Assembly: GCF_009914755.1 (NCBI RefSeq)
Contig: NC_060933.1
Source of the DNA: the human T2T-CHM13v2.0 reference genome, Homo sapiens
Reading direction: 5' to 3' (one strand)
Length of the DNA: 64,000 bases
Position numbers and translations under genes: made by a program. Positions within the stretch are counted from its first letter, which is position 1, and every line of letters starts with the position of its first letter. This document shows positions 54,566-64,000 of this stretch, piece after piece. The notes beneath the pieces are model-generated. The model was not told the DNA's origin and searched no databases. It was given only the letters and a program-made list of their open reading frames with translations.

Positions 54566-54849
54566 GCTGTGTTTCTTTTTTAAATAAAAGTTGTCTTCTA
54601 AATTCATCTAAAGTACTTGTTGCTAATCTCAGTTCAACAGACAAGTGATTTCTGAGACCTGACTTTGTGCCAGCACTGTGCTGGGCCCTTTTGGGAGGTA
54701 TAAAAATGAACCAGATATAATCTCTGCACTCATGCAATCTATGATTTAACAAGGGAAGGGAAACATATTACAGGCAGAATATAATAAATCTTTTATAAAA
54801 AGACTAACAAAGCCATGAGTTGGAGCGAGAATGAGGCACTGGGTGGAGT

Positions 54850-55460
54850 ACACTCAATACCCTGGTATACCAAGGACAGGATGGAGGGAGAATATTTAAA
54901 ACAAAAATAAAGTCAACAAAAATTCAGTCTGCTTTTTATTATTATCACACTCTGGCAGTTCTAAACAAAGTTAATGATAAAATATTCCTTCCAGGAAAAT
55001 ATACTTTGTGGGTCTAACTTCTAGACAATTCTGTGGTTGCTGTTGGGTTTTAAGGATATACATGTATGTGGCCAGGCACTGTGGCTCATGCTTGTAATAC
55101 CAGCATTTTGGGAGGCCAAGGCAGGAGGATCCCTTGAGGCTAGGAGTTTGGAGCTAGCCTGGGCAAGACCCCCATCTTTACCAAAAAAAATTAAAATTAA
55201 ATAAAATTAGCCAGGCATGGTGGTGCAAGACTGCTGCCCTAGCTACTGGGGAGGCTGAGGCAGGAAGATCACTTGAATCCAGAAGTTCAAGGCTGCACTG
55301 AGCTATGGTAGTGCCACTGCACTTCACCTGGGCAACAGAGGAACACCTTGTCTCTAAAATTAATAATAATATACATATACTTTAACTTCATACATCTTTA
55401 TTACTTATACTTTAATAAATATGCAAACTTGGTTGCATGTAATCATTTCAAGAACAAGTT
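54850..55460. mobile_element. Probable old hAT DNA transposon relic (MER115/Zaphod-like), split by AluJ
   Basis: cagtctgctttttattat...ggcagttctaaacaa...tgataaaata...gttgctgttgggttttaa; resumes tttattacttatactttaataaa. Family name uncertain. Confidence 0.4.
55070..55370 (+). mobile_element. AluJ (Jo/Jr-like)
   Basis: ggaggatcccttgagg, caaggctgcactgagctatg; approximate TSD atatacat(g/a)ta. Confidence 0.88.
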
Positions 55461-55474
55461 TATAATAATTCAGA

Positions 55475-55670
55475 ATTGTATGATGCTTTGAGATATTTCC
55501 CCTTGAATCATCTAAGTCAAGCAGACAGTTCCCATGTGAGGTGGATATTATTATCTCCATTTCACAGACAAGGAAACAAAGACCCAGAGACCTATGGGGA
55601 CTGGCTTTTGGTAGTTAAATTAGTAAGTGAATTAGCCAGTTTTGGAAACAGAGCTATTTTTCCCCTACCA
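55475..55670 (-). mobile_element. MIR SINE
   Basis: tgtgaggtggatattattatctccattttcacagacaaggaaacaaagacccagaga. Confidence 0.7.
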
Positions 55671-55875
55671 TATTAATCTACCTCTTTAGCATTTGTGATT
55701 TCCCCAAAATATATGTGAGTAAAATGTGAATGTGCAAAAACAGATGTATAATCTAGTGGAGCCTCTTTAGATCTCTGGTATCAGAAAGGATTAACACCTC
55801 AGAGGAGGACACGGTATATCAGTCTTTTATTATCATAGTCATCCCTCAAGGAGTATCGTTTAACCAAAAGTGGAT

Positions 55876-56055
55876 CAGTGTCTTCTGATAGAACTTTCTA
55901 GGTGATGGAAATTTTCCATATCTGTGCTGTATCTGTCCAATATGGTAGCTTTCAGTCATGGGTGACTTTTGAGTACTTGACATGTATCTAGTGTGACTGA
56001 GAAACTGAGTTTTTCATTTTACTTGATTTTAATTAATTTACATTTACATTTAAAG
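55876..56055. mobile_element. MER3 (hAT-Charlie), one end missing
   Basis: atagaactttct..gtgatggaaat...ctgtccaatatggtagc...ctagtgtgactgagaaactga. Confidence 0.8.
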
Positions 56056-56539
56056 TAAACATATTCAGCAGTATAGGAATGCGTAATGTATTATTTATCT
56101 CTTCCAGAAAGTTCTACAGTGGAACTCTATCATATGTGCATTAAACTGAATTGAAATCATACGACTCAGCAAAATCAACATAACAACTGATGACAACAAA
56201 AACAGCCATATAAACAAAAACTGTTGGGCATTTTAAAAATACAGAATGGCTCAAAACTTAAATGCTTGATCTAGTGCTTAAGTGAAGAGAGTAATGTCTA
56301 TTCTATCCCTTTATTCAATTTTCAAAAACAATTTTGATTTTATGTAATTTTTGTATTTCCTGCTGAATTTTGAACACAGGCTCTGCGTAAGATGCAACTT
56401 CTATGTGGTCTATTTGATGTAGATGGTAATTGAAACATATGGAGCATTTAGACAATTCTGCTTCATTCTTCCATTTCTTATGTCTTTTTCCTAAGGTCTC
56501 TAAAATCTATTTTATTCCCCAATATTCCATGAATCAATA

Positions 56540-56589
56540 TGCCATTACTTTTAATGGCAAAAACCGCAATTAATTTTGCACCAACCTAA
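56540..56589. mobile_element. MADE1 (Hsmar1 MITE), left arm mostly missing
   Basis: tgccattacttttaatggcaaaaaccgcaattaattttgcaccaacctaa followed by TA. Confidence 0.9.
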
Positions 56590-56911
56590 TAGAACTTGTG
56601 AAAACAAGTTCAAAGAGGTTCTTTCTGTCATTTTTATCATTCTGAGAATATAGTCATATACATACTATAAGATATTGTTAATCTAGTAATCGATTGACTA
56701 GGAATTTCCATTAAGTAGTACTGCTGCACACCAGTAGAACAATGATTAATTCTCTGTTGGATCCTGGAATGTCTTTGGAGGTTTCAAAACTTGTAACACT
56801 GTATTAAAGTATTCATATATTTAAAATTATTTAAAAATTTTATTTTATGGATAATTAATAAATCATGCATGTCATGTAAATAATTAAAAACATTCCAACT
56901 ATAGTATACAA

Positions 56912-57260
56912 CAGTGGTTCCCAAATGCCAGACCTTGGATTAGTGTACTCCTTATAATTTATTATCATTGCACAGAAAAGTGAGAAACATAAAGAGATAA
57001 AAGATGGTCTTATATTCTGTAATTATGTTCCTCTAAATTTTTTGGTGTTAAAATATCTGTTGGTAAAGTAAGCAAGCTTATGTAAGTCACTGAAATTCTT
57101 TGGAATCTCTTGGAAACACTGCTATTGAGCAAGAGTTCTTAAATTTAAGATTTCTTAAATTTCTTGAGATTTCAGGCTGTGGTCTAGTGAATCAGAGCCT
57201 AGAAATGAACGCAAAGCTTGCCACTGATTAAAATACATACTAATGTTTGAGAACCACAGA
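56912..57260. mobile_element. Two adjacent hAT-Charlie MITE relics (56912-57121 and about 57129-57260, the second MER5-like)
   Basis: TIR pair cagtggttcccaa ... ttggaaacactg; second ends tttgagaaccacag. Confidence 0.5.
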
Positions 57261-57525
57261 TACAGAGCTAAGCATATAGGCTTTGAATCCAGATACTCTT
57301 AAGTTTGAAATCTTGCCTGGTTGTTTTCTAGCTGTGTAACCTAAGAAGCCTTCATTGTCTCACCTGTAAAATGGAAGGGCTGTTAAGAGCATAAAAACAC
57401 TAATCATTGTGAAGTTTCTAACAGCAATTCGTCTAGAATAGAAACCTAAGACAGTTAGTTCCCTACCACTGCCCTTACCCTGACTATGCTAGGTGAGCGT
57501 CCACTGTATACTTTCATATGTGTAT

Positions 57526-58136
57526 TTTGGTAGGCAGAATTTTAAGATGGGCCTCCAAGATTCCCAGCCAGTGATTATTCAATGATGTGAATCTAGGTAC
57601 TGCTGTGAAGAAATTTTGCTCATGTAATTAAATTCCTCAAATCAGTTGATCTTAAAATATGATTATTCTTGTGGGCCTAATCTAATCACATGAGCCCCGT
57701 AAAAGTAGAGTTTTCTCTTGCTTGTTGCACAAGAGGATGTCAGAGAGATGCTCTTGGACAGGCAACTCTTGAAGAAAGGCAGCATCTGTGTTGTAAACTG
57801 CCCCTGGGCACTACATGGGAAGGACCTGAGGGTGGCCTCTAGCTGCTGAGATCAGTCCCTCACTGAAAGCCAGCAAGACAAAAGGATTTCCTTTCCACAC
57901 TACTTGGAAATGAATTTTACACTAATGTGAAAGGGTTTAGAGGGAGGCCTTTCCTGAGTTGAGCCTCCAGATGAGGATGCAACTGGCTGACTTGATTTCA
58001 ACTCTGTGATACCCTGAGCAGAACCCAATCATGCTGTGCCAGACTTCCAACCTACTGAACTGTGAGATAATAGATGGGCATTGTCTTAAGTTTCTAAGTC
58101 TGTGATAACTTGTTATGTGGTGATAGGACACATACA
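57526..58136 (+). mobile_element. MaLR solo LTR, MLT1E-family
   Basis: ggtaggcagaattttaagatgg...aatctaggtactgctgtgaag...gagcctccagatgag...actgtgagataata. Confidence 0.85.
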
Positions 58137-58894
58137 CTATATACATATCATGGAATCATATGTTTATACTTTAAAAAGATGATATTCTTTGAAAAAAAAT
58201 TCCTCCTGTTGTCTTTTTCACAAACACCTAAGCTTATATCTATAACATAAATAAGAAATGACGGTTTTCATTTTCCAAGGGACAAATGGAAATAAAAAGA
58301 GCATATCCACTATTTTGACATATCACCAAGGACTACATAAATGTATGCCTCTTTCACTCCATCTCCTTTAGTTTGTAATAAATCCTCTACAGTGAAACAA
58401 CCTTCCTATCTTGCCCACAGGCTTAGCTAAACAATCTAGAAGCAACAGCAACTGAACTTTTAACTTGGTGAAACAGCAAGCCCCAAAGGTTTACAACTGT
58501 AAACAGCTTTCTCCCTTATTACTGTTGTTGACTTTTCGTTTTCTTAGTCCTTCTGTAGGGTTTGGGGTGGGGGTAGGATGGAGGTTACGGTGTTGGCATT
58601 TTCTGCCCTTCTGACCTGGACCAAGATCAAAATTTTCTTTGAAAAGGGAACATTAAGCTTTATATGTTGTTCAAGGTAAATCCCAATGGGTTTGGAGTGT
58701 TTAGATTAGGAACTTGGGCATTCATCCTAATTATATCTTCTAATATACTTCAAACAAAAATAAATCTTGTCTCTAGGCTCAATTAAGTTAGATATAATAG
58801 AAGCATGATGATCTCTTTTACAACCTGAAGCAACTACTCATGGGAATCTCTATTTCCACAGAAAGCATGTGATCATTCTCCCATGTAAACAGTG

Positions 58895-59140
58895 AGAATA
58901 ACACCTAACATTTATTAAACACTTCCTTAGCCAGACCCTATTGAGGGCACCTTATGTGTGTTAATTTGTTTAACTGTCATAACATTTCTCTGAGAAAGGT
59001 ACTGTACATTCTAAACTTATGCCTTTTGTACAATGAGGAAACTACAGAGTATTTAAATAACTTGCCCCAAATCACATAGCTAATAAGTGGAGGAGTTCAG
59101 AACCTAGAAATTCCGGCTTTCAAGCTGTGTATTTAATACC
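58895..59140 (-). mobile_element. MIR SINE
   Basis: taacatttattaaacact...atgaggaaactacagag...taacttgccccaaatcacatagctaataagtgg. Confidence 0.75.
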
Positions 59141-60039
59141 TATTCTATTCTGAGACAAGATGCACTATTTCTCTCAAAATCTGCTGCATGCAAAATGCAG
59201 TGTTCGGTGGCAGATGCAGGGCCCTCGTGTCAAAGAATGTTGTCTCTACTTGGAGTGGTAAAATGTACAGGCATGAAACAACAATACATCTAAAACCAGT
59301 AACTGAGTCCAAACATTCCCTCTCCTTCACCACTGTTATTGGCAGTAAAAATGAATGAGATTGCCTGCTTTAAAACTTCTGCCTAGAGCCCAGACAATTC
59401 AATAAGTCACGGTAAAACAAACAGTACAGTTTAAGAGTTTATAACAAGATAGAAGCTTTCAGTTCAAGTTATGAGATAAAAAGGTCTTGAACGGTGATTC
59501 CCTAGATCCCTGTTCCTTTATCATATGTGCTTGGATCCAAAACACCCTGGGTTTGAAATGTTTGCATTAAAATGAAGGAAGGCAAAATTCACTTCTCTCA
59601 GTCCTGGGCTATTTTATTATTATTTGTTGTTTATTATTACTGGTGTCACCATTTTAAACTGTGTGTGTGAGTGCACACACAGGACTGCACATACATGTGG
59701 TTAAAAATAAACAAAATAAAGGCATAAAATGCACAAAAGGGATGTTCCCCATCCCTCTGGCGGAACAAATTTTAGAACTACTAAGTTTTCTTCTTGCCAT
59801 GTTCCAAATGGGCTTTGAAAATACAACCAGCACAACTGTCTCACTCCTGACATAGGCTTCCTGAAGCTTGCATACTCAAAGTTCTGTAAATTAAATAATA
59901 TCTTAAATAAAGAGGGTACCTATTTATAGACACATGTAATGAATCCTTTCTAATATAAATAACTGTTGTTGCAATGTTCCATTTTGGAAGTTAATATGTG
60001 TTACATTGGGTTTAAAGGAACTGCTCAGTTGTAGGCTTT

Positions 60040-61230
60040 CTCATCTCTCACCTGAACCAGAATGAAATCTTTCTAATTGCTTGCCCTTCCTTCAGCCTCA
60101 AAATATCCACCTCTACTCTTTCTCACTCCCAACTTCACTCTTCATATTGCCTAGAGAAGGGGCTCTTAACCTAGATTCATGGATAGAATTCAGTGGTCCA
60201 TGAACTTGCATAAACATTGTCTTTATTTTCACTAATTTATTATTGAAATTTATTGTTTACATATGTTATGAATTGAGACAACAATCCACAGTATAATATT
60301 AACAGCAGTTGTGACTTTGTCACCAAACAAAATCAGATGTTTTTATATCTCATTATAGTTGCAGCAAATATTCCCACATATCATTTATAGTCACCACCAT
60401 TCAAAATTACGATAGTTATTAGACTTGCTGCTAGATCTTGTTATTTAGTGTACTAATAAGAAGCACATATTTGCTGTATCATAATTTTTAGGAACTTGAT
60501 AGCTGGATTTCCATGCAATTGGTCTCCTTTGAAATACTATGTGTCTGTTTTTTTTTTTTTTTTTTTGAGTACTAATAAGGGATCCATAGGCTTTCCCAGA
60601 GTGTTAAAGAAGTCCATGGCACAGAATTAAGAAATTCTGTCTAGAAAGATATTTCTAAAACAAAGTCCACCTTAAGCTACTCCCTTAACTTAAATTTCTT
60701 CAGTTGCTCCAAGTCCACACCAATTAGCATCCAAATCCTTTGTGGCTCATAGAAGGCCTTCCGTGATCTCCAAGCCTCCCTCAGCTGCCTCATCACTGGT
60801 GTGTTCATCCTTGTACTCTACATTCCATCTGCTTCAAACTGTTTCAAGTTCCCAGATACACTGAGCCATCTCAGCTTTCTTGTGTTCTGGGCATGCTGTT
60901 CCTTCTGATAAAAATGTCTTTCCTCACTTTACTGCTGGTAAATCCTACTTATCCTTTGAGGCCCAGCTCCAGGTAGCCTCCCTCTTGACACTCTGTCTGA
61001 CATACTGGGTCTTTATGCTTTTCAGACTCAGGACAATCACTCATTTCTTTGCTCCACTCCAGTACACTCTGCCTGGGCACAGAGTGTCACAGTTATGCAT
61101 TTACAAGTTACTTCCTTTAAAAGTGAGTATGGGAGCTCCTTGTACCACTTGTGCTACAATGATGCCCAGCACATTGTGGTCCTTTTGTGCATATGGGCTT
61201 GACTCTTGTCTACAACTGTTAAATGAAGAA
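60040..61230 (+). mobile_element. L2 3' portion interrupted by Charlie4a
   Basis: tcatctctcacctgaacc...ctttctaattg; resumes atatttctaaaacaaa...catgctgttccttctg...aatcctacttatcctttgaggcccagctc. Confidence 0.7.
60157..60639. mobile_element. Charlie4a (hAT-Charlie), near full length
   Basis: ggggctcttaacct...catggatagaattcag...gtgactttgtcacca...tagttattagac..gctgctagatcttgttattt...gtccatggcaca..ttaagaa; ctaga-type target flanks. Confidence 0.8.
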
Positions 61231-61520
61231 GTAAATTTTGAGTTGGCCTACAAGCTGGTGTTCTAGTCAGTGTAGGGCTCTCTACTGTGTAGGATGTGGG
61301 ACTACCTAATTTGCTTTGCTGATAGCTTCTTTGTGAAGCAGGGCTTCTACACTCCAAATATTAGTGATGAATTCTCCTGGTCCCTCTGGGTAGATTAATT
61401 CTGCCCCCAGCCCGTTCATTCAGCAAATATTTATGAGAGTCTACTATGTGCTGGGTACTGTCTGGGGATTCAGCAGTGAATGAGCCCTGTTCCTGTTCTC
61501 TTGAAGCTTATAATGTAGAG

Positions 61521-61730
61521 CAACACTGTCTAACAAAACTTTCTGTGGTGATGGAAATGATCTATAATATCTGCACTGTACAATACAGTAGCTGCTAGCC
61601 ATATGTGTGTACTGAGCACATGAAATGTGACTAGTATAACAGTAGAACTGAATTTTTAATTCTATTTAATTTTAGCTAATTTAACTTAAATAACCATATG
61701 TTGGCAGTGGATACCATATTGACAAAGCTA
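61521..61730. mobile_element. MER3, full length
   Basis: caacactgtctaacaaaactttctgtggtgatggaaatg...ctagccatatgtg...actgaatttttaatt; TSD atgtagag/ttctagag. Confidence 0.85.
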
Positions 61731-62714
61731 TTCTAGAGGGTGTGTGGTAGAAATGAGTAAGTGAATAGGAGTGTGAATAAATAAATCAGAAAACAACCAA
61801 AAATAAATTTTAAAAAATCTTGGATATTGAAAAGTGCCAACACAACAGTGATGTTGAGTCACTGAGGTGTCGGGAAGGTATTACCTTCCTTTGAGGAGGT
61901 GACATTTGGGTTGACACTTGAGTATCAGAAACATTCTGCAATGGGAAGAAATGATAGGAGAACTCTAGGCAGAGAGAACAGAAACAAGTACAAACCCCCA
62001 AGAGATTTATGTGCTTGGTTGAGGGACATAAAGACCAATGTACCTGGTGTGCAGTAAGTAAGGGGTTGCGGCAGGACCTGAGGGCATAGAGGAGCTGGTA
62101 CCATATTGTAGGACTCTGTAAACCAATGTAAGGAGTTTGGATTTTTTCCAAGTACAATGGGAAGTCATTGGAGGGTTTTAAGTGAGGGGACATCATAATT
62201 TTATCTGTATTTCATAAAGCTCATGCTGATGGCTGAATGAAGAACTGACTGTGGAATGGAAACCAGGAGTCTGGTCAGAATGATTACAGTACAGGTGTGA
62301 GGTGATGGCAGTTTTACATTAGGGTCATGGTAGTAGCCGTGTATAGAATCGATATGTATTCTAGAAGTAGAGTTAACAATATTTTCTAATGGGCTAACTG
62401 GGAGGGGGTAGCAACAAAAAGAGGAATCAAGAACAACTCATAGAATGGGCGCTTTAGCATTGGATGATCCTCCTATTGACTGGGATAATAATTGGAAGAG
62501 GGGCAGGCTGAAAAATCAAAAGGTTCAGTTTTGGATATGCCAAGTTTAAAATACCGATTAGCCATCCAAATGGAAATGCCAAGTCTGGAGTTCTGAATAA
62601 AGGTCAGAACTGGAAATGCAGATTTGAGAGTTACCAAGTCGAGATGGTCTTTGACACCAAGGGGGTGCGTGAGATTATCTGTGGAAGGAGCACAGGCAGA
62701 AAGAAAGCGCTCCA

Positions 62715-62805
62715 CTGCAGTGAGCTGAGATTGCGCGACTGCACTCTGGCCTGGGCGACAGAGTGAGATTCCATCTCAAAAAAAAAAAAAAAAAAAAAGA
62801 AAGAA
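62715..62805 (+). mobile_element. Severely 5'-truncated Alu (63 bp of right arm + A21 tail) with 17-bp TSD
   Basis: TSD agaaagaaagc(g/a)ctcca at 62698-62714 and 62806-62822. Confidence 0.92.
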
Positions 62806-63099
62806 AGAAAGAAAGCACTCCAGGGGGATTGAGGATGCTGACCAGCATTTGGGTAGGGTAGCAATTCCCTTCTGATTAAGATTCCTCTCTCCTGGGGGGA
62901 AAACAGGCAAATTGCAAGAACCTGGCCATCAGAGTCCCAATGACATTCATGTCACAGAGGCATACTGTGATTGTTGCACTGAGCAAAATGGGTACAACTA
63001 GGGAGTGAGAAAATGACCAGTTATTAACGGTCACTATGTTCACCCACAAGCACTGGGAGACTAGTAATAGCATCTCTATTTCACAGAGAACGTATTTGG

Positions 63100-63400
63100 A
63101 ATGTAAATAAATAGTCATGGAGGTCTGAGTCCTGATTCCATTCTTTATTGGCTGTATAACCTTGAACAAGATACCTAATCTCAAACTTCACTGATAAAAT
63201 AAAGCTACAGAGAGAATGAACTAAATATTGTATAAAATCCCAATACCTAACACATAAAAAATGCCCAAAATATGTTAGCTGTTGATACAAAATACCTTGG
63301 CCAGTGTTAGTAATCCCAGTTGCTAGGTGACAGGCCTAGGAAGCTTACCCAGGTGTATGTAACTCCAAAGCCTATGATCTTTCCACCACTCACTCCATGA
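63100..63400. mobile_element. Two MIR fragments (+ then -)
   Basis: ggctgtataaccttgaacaag...; agcttacccagg...aactccaaagcctatgatctttccac. Confidence 0.55.
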
Positions 63401-64000
63401 CTCCTGGGCTTGAAAACTACCTGACTTTGACTCTATTCCTTATTTTTCTTATATACTTCTCTAAAGCTCCTTACAAATAATTTTTAAATTTAATTCACTT
63501 TTTTTTTTCAAAATTGGAAGTTAACCTATGTGGTTTCCTGAAGCTGGCTCTGCCTTCTGCTCCATGGCAGGGAAGTATACACATTGATACGTATGCCCAG
63601 AGAAATTTTCCCCCTTCAGTATTTTTCCCTTTCTGCCTCCAGACCATCTTACTCTCCAGGGGAACCTCACCAGCTTACTCAGCATCCAGGGCTCTCCAGC
63701 AAAATATAAATCACTGCTCTTTTCAAAACCTGCCATTAAACACGTGCATCAGCTAAATTCCTGCTGACTCTGCTTTTGTTGTGCATTCTATCTAATAAAC
63801 CCTCAGCCTCTTTGGATGTCAGAAACAAAGAAATGGCATACAGTTTATTTATCCCTGCTGATCAACTGGAAACATGAAGCTGGCCTGGGATGGTCACCTC
63901 TAAAACTCTTTTCCTTGTTTCCTGCAGGGCATGTTCTCCATCTTTCTTTGTATTTGCACAGATGATTCATTGGATCCATGGGGATGCTCCTGGATCAACA

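Larger units (their letters stand above)
61415..62860 (-). mobile_element. L2 relic interrupted by MER3 and a truncated Alu
   Basis: ttcattcagcaaatatttat...ctactatgtgctggg...ggagtttggatttt...aatgggaagtcattggagggttttaag...ttcagttttggatatg. Confidence 0.85.

Noticed and set aside
61100-61520. Tail-to-tail L2 pair resembling the miR-28/miR-151 origin
   Set aside because: Spacer of about 190 bp and heavy divergence; I could not see a pairable stem.

Overview
AT-rich primate genomic DNA, most likely human or another ape (it contains AluY and an L1PA3-type element). It is intergenic or deep intronic, and I could not identify the locus. I found no credible protein-coding exon, tRNA, rRNA, snRNA or CpG island. 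The ORF track is almost entirely Alu/L1/L2/LTR read-through or chance ORFs. Roughly half of the window is interspersed repeat: about 14 Alu/FLAM/FRAM copies; six or seven L1 fragments, two with twin-priming 5' inversions; many L2 and MIR relics; solo LTRs (MLT2A2, several MLT1, MER21, MER67); hAT and Tc1/mariner MITEs (MER3, MER5, MER44A, MER63A, Charlie4a, MADE1); and microsatellites. Repeat family names come from recalled consensus sequences, so subfamily calls and old-repeat boundaries are approximate. The best leads are: (1) a candidate + strand 253-nt exon (23694-23946) exactly filled by an 82-codon ORF, next to an AP-1/GATA/3xTEAD motif cluster and 13 kb downstream of a same-strand MLT2A2 LTR with a splice donor; (2) a 48-bp inverted duplication in an old L1 that forms a pre-miRNA-sized hairpin; (3) a perfect 15-bp-arm inverted repeat; (4) an apparently templated 28-bp insertion copied from 2.5 kb away; and (5) possible L1 3' transductions. 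All functional claims are hypotheses.
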